NCBI GenBank assembly: GCA_002482725.1
Contig: DLGO01000001.1
Location: forward strand, 856-64,855
Source of the DNA: Bacteroidetes bacterium UBA7692
GTDB lineage: Bacteria; Bacteroidota; Bacteroidia; Chitinophagales; LD1
DNA: 64,000 bases
Direction: 5' to 3'
In this document: piece after piece, positions 28,786 through 37,972 of the stretch
How positions within the stretch are numbered: position 1 is the first letter of the stretch
Layout of the letters: the number at the start of each line of letters is the position of its first letter
Program-made: the position numbers and the translations under genes
Notes under the pieces: model-generated
Databases searched by the model: none
What the model saw: the letters and a program-made list of their open reading frames with translations, nothing else
Told to the model about the DNA's origin: nothing

Positions 28786-30279
28786 ATGCTCAAGTGGATC
28801 GCCGATAACTATATATCCTGGAAAATTCCCTACCTGCAAACCATCAGGCAAAATGCAGTGCCGATGCAGCGGGCACAGTTCGGTATATTGCTTAACCTGG
28901 CAAAAGACACCGAGTTTGGTACCAGGCACAGTTTTCGCAAAATCACTTCACACAAAGAATTTCAAGCCAATGTGCCGCTTCATACTTATGAAGACCTGCA
29001 ACCTTCTATAGATAGAATGATGCGTGGAGAGCAGAATATACTGTGGCCTGGCGAGGTTACATGGTTCTCAAAAAGCAGCGGAACTACAGCGCGCAGCAAA
29101 TTTATACCGGTTAGCAAAGAGGCGATGGCATTCGGCAACTACAAGGCCGGCCGCGAATTACTGGCTTCCTATTTTGCGCAGAAGCCGGGTAATAATCTCT
29201 TCTCGGGCAAGCACCTGATTATGGGTGGTTCATTGAATAGCTTTGAGCATAATCCCAAAGTACAGGTCGGCGATGTGTCTGCCGTACTTATGAAAAACAT
29301 TACACCATGGGTTCAGCTCCTGCGCACGCCTTCTCTCAAAATTGCATTGATGCCTACCTGGGAAGATAAGCTCGAGGTAATGGCCCAACAGGTAAGCAAA
29401 CAGAGCATCACAGGGCTTACAGGCGTTTCTACCTGGACCTTGTTATTGCTAAAGCGCATATTGGAAATAACAGGCAAAAGCACCATCGCTGAAGTATGGC
29501 CCGATATTCAGCTGTTTATTCACGGGGGTGTAAATTTCGAACCATACCGTGCACAGTTCAATCAACTGATAGGTGAGGAAATGACCTATATCGATTCCTA
29601 CAATGCTTCAGAGGGGTTTTTCGCCTTTCAGGATACTGCCGAAAAGGGCGATCTCTTACTGCCCAAGCATGGAATTTTCTTTGAGTTTATCCCTGTAGAA
29701 AATGCCACGGCTACAAACCCACAAGCGCTCACACTGGAGCAGGTAGAGGTCGGTAAGGTTTACGAAATAGTCATCTCTACCAACGGCGGCCTGTGGCGCT
29801 ATAGGATTGGTGACACAGTGCGCTTTGTTTCTGTCAATCCGTACCGTGTGGTAGTAGCAGGACGCACAAAACAGTATATCAATATCGTAGGCGAAGAGCT
29901 TATGGTGCACAATGCAGAGGCCGCCCTTACCAAAACCTGCAAAGCCATGGGGGTGAATGTCCGCGACTTTTCAGTAGCGCCTATCCCACTTACACTATCT
30001 CAAACAGGTGCACATGAATGGGTTGTCGAGTTTAGCAATATGCCTGATAGCCCTGAAGCCTTTGCGCAGATGCTTGACAACGAACTGCAGCAAGCCAACT
30101 CCGACTACGAAGCCAAGCGTCGCGGCAGCATGGCCCTTGGTATGCTGAAGCTTACAGTTGTTAAACCCGGCCACTTTCAACAATGGCTGAAAGCCAAAAA
30201 CAAGCTCGGAGGCCAGCACAAAGTACCCCGCCTTAGTAACGACCGTACGGTATTGGAAGAAATCCTCGCAATGAGATAA
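28786..30279 (+). CDS. GH3 (auxin-responsive promoter) family adenylating enzyme homolog
   Basis: 497 aa. The SSGTTARSKFIPVS nucleotide-binding motif, YNASEGFFAF and RYRIGDTV are typical of GH3 acyl-acid amido synthetase-like proteins. It starts 9 nt after lptB. Confidence 0.8.
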   Translation: MLKWIADNYISWKIPYLQTIRQNAVPMQRAQFGILLNLAKDTEFGTRHSFRKITSHKEFQANVPLHTYEDLQPSIDRMMRGEQNILWPGEVTWFSKSSGTTARSKFIPVSKEAMAFGNYKAGRELLASYFAQKPGNNLFSGKHLIMGGSLNSFEHNPKVQVGDVSAVLMKNITPWVQLLRTPSLKIALMPTWEDKLEVMAQQVSKQSITGLTGVSTWTLLLLKRILEITGKSTIAEVWPDIQLFIHGGVNFEPYRAQFNQLIGEEMTYIDSYNASEGFFAFQDTAEKGDLLLPKHGIFFEFIPVENATATNPQALTLEQVEVGKVYEIVISTNGGLWRYRIGDTVRFVSVNPYRVVVAGRTKQYINIVGEELMVHNAEAALTKTCKAMGVNVRDFSVAPIPLTLSQTGAHEWVVEFSNMPDSPEAFAQMLDNELQQANSDYEAKRRGSMALGMLKLTVVKPGHFQQWLKAKNKLGGQHKVPRLSNDRTVLEEILAMR

Positions 30280-30284
30280 ATTGC

Positions 30285-31748
30285 ATGCTCAACACGCACC
30301 CAATCATGCTCACAATAAATAATTTCATCAACGGCCAATACCTGGCGGCATCATCAATCGCCACTTTTCAAAACATAGAACCCGCCATTGGTCAACCGTA
30401 TTCGACTATACCCGATAGCGATGCCACAGATGTAGCGCTTGCCGTAGCCGCTGCACAAGACGCGTTCCCTTCCTGGAGCGAAGCTCCACTGGAACAACGC
30501 GCCGCCATCATGAACAAGATGGCCGACCTCATAGAGGCACGGCTTGAAGAGTTTGCACAGGCCGAATCCCGCGATAGCGGCAAGCCCATCAGCACAGCGC
30601 GCACAGTAGATATTCCGCGTGCCATCTCCAACCTGCGCTTCTTTGCATCAGCAGCTACACAGTTTGCCAGCGAAAGCCACTACTCACCACAGCAGGGTAT
30701 TAACTATACACTGCGCCAGCCGATAGGCGTGGTAGGTTGCATCTCTCCCTGGAACCTGCCGCTATACCTCTTTACCTGGAAAATCGCCCCTGCCTTAGCA
30801 TCAGGTAATTGCGTAGTGGCCAAGCCATCAGAAATTACACCTTACACCGCTTTCCTTTTGGGCGAAATATGCCAGCAGGCTGGTTTGCCTTCCGGAGTAC
30901 TGAATATATTGCATGGCTATGGCTACAAAGTCGGCCAGGCTATCGTAGAGCATCCGCACATCAAAGCCATTTCATTCACAGGTGGCACCGAAACGGGTAA
31001 ACGCATAGCCACTACTGTAGCGCCTTTGTTCAAAAAAACATCTCTGGAGCTTGGCGGCAAAAACCCGACCATCATTTTCGATGATTGCGACTTCGACCAC
31101 ACGGTAAGCGAAGCCGTGCGCGCAGCATTCAGCAACACCGGACAGATATGCCTTTGTGGCTCCCGCATCTTTGTGCAGCAGGGCTTGTACGATAAATTTA
31201 AAGAAGCCTTTGTGGCAAAAGTAAAACAGTTGCGCACCGGAGATCCGCTAGATACCGCGACACAAGTTGGAGCCATCACCTCTCAGTCGCATCAGCAAAA
31301 AATACTGTCGTATATCGCTCTTGCCAAAGAAGAGTGTGGAACTATTTTGTGCGGAGGGGATACAATCGATATTCCTGGCCGCTGTAGCTCCGGCTATTTT
31401 ATTCAACCTACGGTCATAGAAGGTTTGCCTGTAATCTGCCGCACTCAGCAGGAAGAAATTTTTGGTCCGGTAGTCACGCTTACCTCATTTGATACAGAAA
31501 CCGAAGTGTTAGCCATGGCAAACGATACACCTTATGGCCTTGCCGCCAATCTTTGGACTGCAGATATCAGCCGTGCACACCGCATGGCGCAGCAATTACA
31601 CTTCGGCATAGTATGGGTCAACGCATGGATGATGCGCGACCTGCGCACGCCTTTTGGAGGAGTAAAGAACAGTGGCGTAGGCCGCGAAGGTGGTTTCGAA
31701 GCCATGCGCTTCTTTACAGAAGCAAAAAATGTATTTATTCGCTATTGA
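30285..31748 (+). CDS. NAD(P)-dependent aldehyde dehydrogenase (resembles 2-hydroxymuconic/2-aminomuconic semialdehyde dehydrogenases)
   Basis: 487 aa. SPWNLPLY, the catalytic Glu context LELGGKNP, the catalytic Cys context GQICLCGSR and EEIFGPV are present. It starts 5 nt after the GH3 gene. Confidence 0.85.
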   Translation: MLNTHPIMLTINNFINGQYLAASSIATFQNIEPAIGQPYSTIPDSDATDVALAVAAAQDAFPSWSEAPLEQRAAIMNKMADLIEARLEEFAQAESRDSGKPISTARTVDIPRAISNLRFFASAATQFASESHYSPQQGINYTLRQPIGVVGCISPWNLPLYLFTWKIAPALASGNCVVAKPSEITPYTAFLLGEICQQAGLPSGVLNILHGYGYKVGQAIVEHPHIKAISFTGGTETGKRIATTVAPLFKKTSLELGGKNPTIIFDDCDFDHTVSEAVRAAFSNTGQICLCGSRIFVQQGLYDKFKEAFVAKVKQLRTGDPLDTATQVGAITSQSHQQKILSYIALAKEECGTILCGGDTIDIPGRCSSGYFIQPTVIEGLPVICRTQQEEIFGPVVTLTSFDTETEVLAMANDTPYGLAANLWTADISRAHRMAQQLHFGIVWVNAWMMRDLRTPFGGVKNSGVGREGGFEAMRFFTEAKNVFIRY

Positions 31749-31763
31749 AAGAACAGTAAAGTC

Positions 31764-32162
31764 ATGGAAAACAAACTGCCAAAGCCAATGGGGCTTTACC
31801 CTGTAAGCCGCAAAGTAGGGAACCTCTTATTTGTTAGTGGCCTCGGCCCGCGAGAAGCAGGGACTGATAATATCCCCGGACTGGAGCGCGATAAGTACGG
31901 CAACTACCTCAACTTCGATTTCGAAGCGCAGGTGCACTCTGTTTTCAGGAATGTAAAGACCGCCTTGGAAGAAAGCGGCAGCAGCTGGGATAAAATTGTA
32001 GACGTTACCGTATTCCTTACAGACATGAAGCGTGACTTCATCACCTTCAATTTGTTGTATGCGCAATATTTTAAAGAGAACCAGCCTTGCCGGACTACTG
32101 TAGAGGTAAATGCCCTTCCATCTCCTATAGCAGTAGAGCTAAAGGTTATTGCGGAGGTGTAG
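31764..32162 (+). CDS. RidA/YjgF family reactive-intermediate deaminase
   Basis: 132 aa. The YjgF-type pattern (LFVSG..., VDVTVFLTDM, PCRTTVEV) is present. It starts 15 nt after the aldehyde dehydrogenase gene. Confidence 0.8.
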   Translation: MENKLPKPMGLYPVSRKVGNLLFVSGLGPREAGTDNIPGLERDKYGNYLNFDFEAQVHSVFRNVKTALEESGSSWDKIVDVTVFLTDMKRDFITFNLLYAQYFKENQPCRTTVEVNALPSPIAVELKVIAEV

Positions 32163-32171
32163 TTATAATTA

Positions 32172-32990
32172 TTACTGTAGCCACTCTTTTTTGAACACGC
32201 TGTCTAAAGAGGTATAAGGAATCTCCAGGTCATAAGGTCCTTCTGCATACGAGCGTATCTCGTAGTTGTTGTAGTGGAATACTACGCCCTTCTTGCTAAA
32301 GAATACATTATTGCTCAGGCTGAATACGCCATCGGTGAAAAAGAAGCCCGCCTCTTCCAGGTTCTCTTTGTCCTTCAGCTTAAAATTTTTACGGAATTGC
32401 TTGTCAGCAATTTCCCAAAGCTTTGCAGTGTCCCCATTTGTCAGGAAATCTTTAAGGTATATAGGCTTGTTGTTTGCCAATTCCACATGCGAATAGGAAT
32501 CATAGCTGTTCGGGTGTGCTCCGCCGGCATACATATATTCTGTTAGGTGTAGGGTTATAAATTTAGGTAGCACCGTATCTACTTTCACCGTTCTGTCGAG
32601 TTGCCATCCCCAGCCAAAATCCCCCTCTGCCTTTTCTTTTTCAAAGTCGGCAATGAAGCTTTTTCCTACTGATTTATAATCCGTTTCCACAGTATCCATA
32701 TACGGTGCAGACAATAGCTGCGCCACAAATTGGTTCAGTCCTTTCACATCTTTTCCTGCGAAAACAGGGAAGTAGAAGTTTGCATTAGCACACGAATCCC
32801 CCGTACATCCTGCTGTAGCCAGCTTGAAAGAATCTACCGAATAAGTCAGTTTGCCCTGTTCGGCACCCGGTTTTTTGCCGGTGCAGGCAGCAAGGTAAAT
32901 AGATAAGATTAGCACGGCCAGGGGCAGCAGTTTGTTCACTGTGTGATTTGTTTGCTGCAAAGGTAGTTTCAGTATAGCGCAATAAGCCAA
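32172..32990 (-). CDS. DUF3298/DUF4163-type lipoprotein
   Basis: The listed ORF starts at a TTG. A GTG at 32939 giving VNKLLPLAVLILSIYLAAC (lipobox) is an equally good start. Core motifs YMYAGGAHPNSY and VFHYNNYEI are typical of DUF3298. Confidence 0.7.
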   Translation of the reverse strand: MAYCAILKLPLQQTNHTVNKLLPLAVLILSIYLAACTGKKPGAEQGKLTYSVDSFKLATAGCTGDSCANANFYFPVFAGKDVKGLNQFVAQLLSAPYMDTVETDYKSVGKSFIADFEKEKAEGDFGWGWQLDRTVKVDTVLPKFITLHLTEYMYAGGAHPNSYDSYSHVELANNKPIYLKDFLTNGDTAKLWEIADKQFRKNFKLKDKENLEEAGFFFTDGVFSLSNNVFFSKKGVVFHYNNYEIRSYAEGPYDLEIPYTSLDSVFKKEWLQ

Positions 32991-33116
32991 ACCTTAGTAA
33001 AACCTATGCTATACCCCTTCGTGCTTTGAGTATAAAACCATGCACTTTTACAATTTATGGCTAAAACGTTCGTCTTAGGTTTTTCATAGCCGTTAGAATA
33101 TCTACATATTTGCACC

Positions 33117-33830
33117 ATGGACTTTTCAATTTTTACCACCGCCGACGCGTGGATCAGCTTGCTTACCCTTACCTTTTTGGAAATAGTACTGGGTGTAGAC
33201 AATATCATTTTTATCTCTATAGTAACCAATAAGCTTCCTGTAGAAAACCAGAAGAAAGCCCGTAACTGGGGCCTTCTTATAGCCCTTGGTTTCAGGATAT
33301 TGCTGCTGCTATCTATCAGCTATATCATTGGCCTTACAGAGCCGGTTATTACCGTAGCCAATCAGGCATTCTCCTGGAAAGATATCATCCTTATTGCCGG
33401 GGGATTCTTCCTCTTGGCTAAGTCTACCTCAGAAATTCACCACAAGGTAGAAGGCAAGGGTCAGGAAGTGCAAGCAAAGGCTGCTTCTTCATTTTTCGCT
33501 ACTATACTGCAGATAATCATGATTGACATCGTATTCTCATTCGACTCTATACTTACTGCAGTAGGTCTTACCCGCCACATACCTGTTATGATCATTGCCG
33601 TTATCCTGGCTATGTTCGTTATGATGATGTTTGCTGGTGGTATCAGCAAGATTATCAATAAGTATCCTACCCTTCAGGTGCTTGCGCTTTCATTCCTTAT
33701 CATGATAGGTCTTACGCTTATACTTGAAGGTTTCGGTGTGCATGTGAATAAGGCGTTTGTTTATGTGGCAGTTTTGTTCTCTCTTACAGTGGAGTTGCTC
33801 AACATACGTTTCAGAACTAAAAACGGTTAA
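33117..33830 (+). CDS. TerC family integral membrane protein
   Basis: 237 aa. LEIVLGVDNIIFISI and DIVFSFDSILTAVG are TerC signature segments. Confidence 0.85.
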   Translation: MDFSIFTTADAWISLLTLTFLEIVLGVDNIIFISIVTNKLPVENQKKARNWGLLIALGFRILLLLSISYIIGLTEPVITVANQAFSWKDIILIAGGFFLLAKSTSEIHHKVEGKGQEVQAKAASSFFATILQIIMIDIVFSFDSILTAVGLTRHIPVMIIAVILAMFVMMMFAGGISKIINKYPTLQVLALSFLIMIGLTLILEGFGVHVNKAFVYVAVLFSLTVELLNIRFRTKNG

Positions 33831-34621
33831 TGAATCCATTCCTGATTTCAGCGATTACCATTTTCGCTTACATGGTGTTGGTCTTTATCCTGGCACAGAT
33901 CCTGCGCAACAATTCTATTGTAGATATTGCCTGGGGCGGAGGATTCATCTTTGCAGCACACGCTACTTATTTCAATGCAGATGAGCACACCTTTGCTGCC
34001 AAGCTGGTTACTACACTGGTTATTTTCTGGGGTGTTCGCCTTGGCGCATACCTGCTACTGCGCAACTGGGGTAAGCCGGAGGATTGGCGCTATGCCAACT
34101 GGCGCAAAGAGTGGGGCAAATACGCAACCATACGAGCTTTTTTCCAGGTGTTCATGCTACAGGGAGTTATGATGTTTATCATCAGCCTGCCGGTTACAGT
34201 AGCTAACTCATACCATGTCATCAATGAGCGCTTTTCTGGGCTGCACCTCTTAGGCTGTATCCTGTTTGCTATCGGCTTTTACTTCGAAGCTGTGGGCGAT
34301 GCGCAGATGTTTCTCTTCAAGAGCGATAAACGCCATGCAGGCAAAGTAATGAACCGCGGCCTGTGGAGGTTTACACGTCACCCGAATTATTTCGGTGAGG
34401 TGTTGATGTGGTGGGGTATATTCTTTATTGCTGCGCCATCAAGCCTTTGGTATATTTCCATCTGGGCACCGCTTACTATTACCTTCTTGCTATTGAAGGT
34501 TTCAGGGGTTACTATGCTCGAGAAAAAATACGAAGGTCACGATGCCTATTCCGTATACAAGCAGCATACAAATGCATTCTTCCCTTGGTTTCCCAAGCGA
34601 AGTATAGAGCATGCAGAATAA
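33830..34621 (+). CDS. DUF1295 (steroid 5-alpha-reductase / ICMT-like) membrane protein
   Basis: 263 aa. GLWRFTRHPNYFGE is the family motif. The ATG overlaps the TerC stop (TAATG). Confidence 0.8.
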   Translation: MNPFLISAITIFAYMVLVFILAQILRNNSIVDIAWGGGFIFAAHATYFNADEHTFAAKLVTTLVIFWGVRLGAYLLLRNWGKPEDWRYANWRKEWGKYATIRAFFQVFMLQGVMMFIISLPVTVANSYHVINERFSGLHLLGCILFAIGFYFEAVGDAQMFLFKSDKRHAGKVMNRGLWRFTRHPNYFGEVLMWWGIFFIAAPSSLWYISIWAPLTITFLLLKVSGVTMLEKKYEGHDAYSVYKQHTNAFFPWFPKRSIEHAE

Positions 34622-34777
34622 TTACCTTGTCTGATTGGTCGTTGCTTCTGTCTTTGCATCAAGGGCTGCCTGCCTCGCCCGCATGGTGTCGCTCATCTTG
34701 CTGCTGAAAAATACGAATCCGATTAGCACCGCACAAAATACTACGAGCATTAAGTTGGTTGATTTGTCCGTTTTCAT
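34622..34777 (-). CDS. possible small single-pass membrane protein (51 aa, not in the supplied ORF track)
   Basis: Read by hand on the minus strand: MKTDKSTNLMLVVFCAVLIGFVFFSSKMSDTMRARQAALDAKTEATTNQTR*. It has one clear TM helix and a polar tail, and it fills an otherwise empty gap. Confidence 0.35.
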   Translation of the reverse strand: MKTDKSTNLMLVVFCAVLIGFVFFSSKMSDTMRARQAALDAKTEATTNQTR

Positions 34778-34900
34778 GGTGTGTCTGTTTGATTAATATA
34801 ACAGAAGCGTTAAGCCAATGTTGTATTAATATTAGCAACCATAGTGCCAACGATTGTTAATGTTATGCACATTCATTTTGGGGCAAATATTCCAAAATAC

Positions 34901-34925
34901 AAAAGCAAGGCGTGGCCTTGCTTTT
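34901..34925 (-). terminator. hairpin terminator downstream of serS
   Basis: AAAAGCAAGGC (34901-34911), loop GTG, GCCTTGCTTTT (34915-34925). This is a perfect 11-bp stem with U-runs on either reading. Confidence 0.75.
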
Positions 34926-34940
34926 GCCGGTAGTCATTAT

Positions 34941-36203
34941 TTATGCTAAAAGTGCAAATCCTGTGTATCGCTGCAAAGCAGTAGGGATTTCTATCCCCGA
35001 AAGTGTCTGATTATTCTCCAATAGCGCGGCTACAATTCTGGGCAAAGCCAACGCGCTACCATTCAATGTATGTGTCAGGCGCATCTTTTTCTCATCGCGG
35101 AATCTTGTCTTCATCCGGTTGCTTTGGAAGGTTTCAAAGTTGGAAACAGAGCTTACCTCCAGCCACCTTTTTTGTGCTGCGCTCCATACTTCAAAGTCGT
35201 ATGTAAGGGCAGAGCCAAAGCTCATATCGCCACCGCACAGGCGTAGTATCCTGTAGTGCAATCCAAGCTCGTTCAGTATGCCTTCTACATGCGATACCAT
35301 TTCCTCCAATACTTCATAGCTCTTGTCAGGGTGAACCACTTGTACTATCTCTACTTTGTCAAACTGGTGAACCCTGTTCAGTCCGCGCACATCCTTGCCA
35401 TAAGACCCTGCCTCGCGGCGAAAGCATGGTGAGTAAGCACAGAATTTAACCGGTAGTGTTTCCAGTATTTCATCGCGTACTATGTTTGTTACAGGTACTT
35501 CTGCTGTAGGTATCAGGTAAAATCCATCTACTGTGGCATGGTACATCTGCCCTTCTTTATCAGGTAGTTGGCCTGTGCCAAATGCACTTGCCTCATTCAC
35601 CATGTGCGGAGGTATCACTTCCATATATCCGGCATCTATTGCCTTATCCAGGAAGTAGCTAATTAGGGAGCGTTGTAGCTTGGCACCTTTTCCTTTGTAT
35701 ACAGGAAATCCGGCTCCGGTTATTTTTACGCCCAGCTCCAGATCAAACAGGTCCAGCTTCTTGGCTATTTCCCAGTGTGGCAATGCTTCAGCATGTAGGT
35801 TTGGCTCAGTACCACCCATGCGCACTACCTCATTGTCCTCCGGTGTTTTGCCCGCCGGTACAGAGTCGTGTGGCAGGTTGGGCATCAGCACCAATAGCGC
35901 TTGCTGGTTCTTTTCTATTTCTGCAAACTCACCTTCCAATATTTTACTGCGCTCTTTTAGTTCTGCTACACGCGCCTTTTCTTTTTCGGCTTCTTCTTTC
36001 TTGCCGCCTTTCATCAGCTCGCCTATAGCCTTTGCTATCTGGTTCTGCTGTGCCAGCAGGTCGTCCAGTTCCCTTTGCGTGCTTTTGCGTTTTTCATCCA
36101 GTGCCAGCACTTCATCTACCAGCTGCACATCCTTAAAGTATTTCCTTCCCAGTTTTTCCTTTACTATTTCCGGTGCTGTTCTCAGCGTATTTATTTCTAA
36201 CAT
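34941..36203 (-). CDS. serS: seryl-tRNA synthetase
   Basis: 420 aa. It has an N-terminal coiled-coil arm and class II motifs (CFRREAGS, RVHQFDKVE, GSALALPR). Confidence 0.95.
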   Translation of the reverse strand: MLEINTLRTAPEIVKEKLGRKYFKDVQLVDEVLALDEKRKSTQRELDDLLAQQNQIAKAIGELMKGGKKEEAEKEKARVAELKERSKILEGEFAEIEKNQQALLVLMPNLPHDSVPAGKTPEDNEVVRMGGTEPNLHAEALPHWEIAKKLDLFDLELGVKITGAGFPVYKGKGAKLQRSLISYFLDKAIDAGYMEVIPPHMVNEASAFGTGQLPDKEGQMYHATVDGFYLIPTAEVPVTNIVRDEILETLPVKFCAYSPCFRREAGSYGKDVRGLNRVHQFDKVEIVQVVHPDKSYEVLEEMVSHVEGILNELGLHYRILRLCGGDMSFGSALTYDFEVWSAAQKRWLEVSSVSNFETFQSNRMKTRFRDEKKMRLTHTLNGSALALPRIVAALLENNQTLSGIEIPTALQRYTGFALLA

Positions 36204-36256
36204 CTTAAATCTTTTTGAACGGTTAAATATATCAATCGGCTAATCTAACTGGCCTC

Positions 36257-37972
36257 TTACGAAGCATATTTTTTTCTCCTGTAGTAGGTGAATCCTGCGC
36301 TCAGCAGGCTTATGATAGCTATAGGCACCACTATATTCATCACCTGCCAGAACACCTTGTCTTCGTTTACCTTTGTAGCATCCAGCAGCCTCAGCTTTAC
36401 TTCTTTGTTCCTTGTTTCCAGCAGCCCGTCTTCATCGCTCAGGTACTCTATACAGTTTAGTATAAAGTCTTTGTTCGATAGTGTCTGCTGCGTATATGGC
36501 TGGTAGCCTAGCGGATAAGCCGTGCCATCCGTTCTTATATCATTCCTCATCACATCTCCATCGGCTATTACAATCATTTTTGATGGCTTGCTCTTTTCCA
36601 TAAATTTCAGCTCTTTCACAGAGTCGCCTATGGCCAGGAACGAAGGCGATACGCGGTTGGTAAACACCGATTGGAATTCGCCCTCCAGCAATGCAGCAAC
36701 CGGCAATGCCTGCTGGTTAAAGTATTTGGGGTCTGGTTTATCTGCCAGTATATTAAAGTTCAACCGTGCCGGTGTAAGCAGTGCCTTTGAGTTGTTGGTT
36801 GTATGCAGCAATATGGTTTTGCGTACGCCGGGATTCCTCACGGTGTCTATAGTGCTGGCAAACTTTGCAGCTACAGGGTCTAGGTTGCGGTTTATAGCAT
36901 GGTTGTTATCGCTTATCAGATACGGGAAGTAGTACCAAGGAAACATCTGTGTCTGTGGGGCATTGCCCATGCGGCCTATCACCAGTGGTATGCTGCCGCA
37001 CAGGTTTATGTCCATCACCAGGTCGGTATTGATACGTACACCGTACTTAAACAACTGGTCGTCCAGATTCAGTTGATTGTCCAGCACAAACTGCCCGGTC
37101 AGGTTTTGCTTCAGGCTATCCATATCAGCTGTAGTAGCATCTATCAGCCACAGCAGTTTACCACCGCGCATCAGGTATTGGTCTATCTTATATTTGGTGC
37201 GCTCGTCAAATGCTTTTCTTGGCTTGGCTATTATCGCCAGGTCAAATTTTGACGGTATGCTGTAAGCACTATCTATTTCCAGTGCCTGTACCTCATACTT
37301 GTAGCTGATCAGTGTGTTGTGTATGTCAGCCAGCTCCAGCCTGTTCAGCTCACCATGCCCTTGCAGGAATACGATACGCGGTGCGCGGTATTGCGTTAGT
37401 TTTTTTATGGCATTGGCAAACTTGTACTCCAGTTGTATCACCGAGTTATTCAGCACCTCTTCAGGCGAAAAACCTATCTGGTTTTCCAATAGTTGTACAG
37501 GTAGGGTAGTGCCGCCGTATGTCACCAATGCTCCCGGAAAAATGATGCGCTGTGTGCTTTCATTTTTATCCTTCGTCATCAGGTTAGTCGGGCTAAGTCC
37601 CTTTTTGCTCAGGTCTTCGTATATCTCTTTCTTTTCTTTTTCTGTCTTGCCTTCCAGCGGGTCGCTAAACTCAAATTGGATGTTCTTGCCACCATAAGCG
37701 CGCAGGTTGTTCATCAGGTCGCGTGTGCTTCCTTCCAGTCTTTTAAATCCCGATGGCAGGTCGCCCGCCAGGTATATTTTTATAGTTACCTCATCTTCCA
37801 GTTTCTCTATCAGCTTCACTGTTGGTGGTGCCAGCGAGTAGCGTTTCTCTCCCGTCAGGTCAAAACGCATATAGAAAAATGCTGCCAGTACATTGGCAAT
37901 TATGATTACCGCTACCGTAAGTATCAGTGCGCTGATAGCGTCCTGTTTGCTGCTGTTTTTCTTCTTTACCAT
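36257..37972 (-). CDS. gldG: gliding motility-associated ABC transporter substrate-binding/accessory protein GldG
   Basis: 571 aa with N- and C-terminal TM anchors. The start overlaps the gldF stop. The size, context and sequence are typical of GldG (ABC-type uncharacterized transport system domain). Confidence 0.8.
   Translation of the reverse strand: MVKKKNSSKQDAISALILTVAVIIIANVLAAFFYMRFDLTGEKRYSLAPPTVKLIEKLEDEVTIKIYLAGDLPSGFKRLEGSTRDLMNNLRAYGGKNIQFEFSDPLEGKTEKEKKEIYEDLSKKGLSPTNLMTKDKNESTQRIIFPGALVTYGGTTLPVQLLENQIGFSPEEVLNNSVIQLEYKFANAIKKLTQYRAPRIVFLQGHGELNRLELADIHNTLISYKYEVQALEIDSAYSIPSKFDLAIIAKPRKAFDERTKYKIDQYLMRGGKLLWLIDATTADMDSLKQNLTGQFVLDNQLNLDDQLFKYGVRINTDLVMDINLCGSIPLVIGRMGNAPQTQMFPWYYFPYLISDNNHAINRNLDPVAAKFASTIDTVRNPGVRKTILLHTTNNSKALLTPARLNFNILADKPDPKYFNQQALPVAALLEGEFQSVFTNRVSPSFLAIGDSVKELKFMEKSKPSKMIVIADGDVMRNDIRTDGTAYPLGYQPYTQQTLSNKDFILNCIEYLSDEDGLLETRNKEVKLRLLDATKVNEDKVFWQVMNIVVPIAIISLLSAGFTYYRRKKYAS

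Noticed and set aside
32991-33116. yybP-ykoY manganese riboswitch upstream of terC
   Set aside because: The 126-bp leader shows none of the conserved four-way-junction sequence blocks I associate with this class. An Rfam scan would be needed for certainty.
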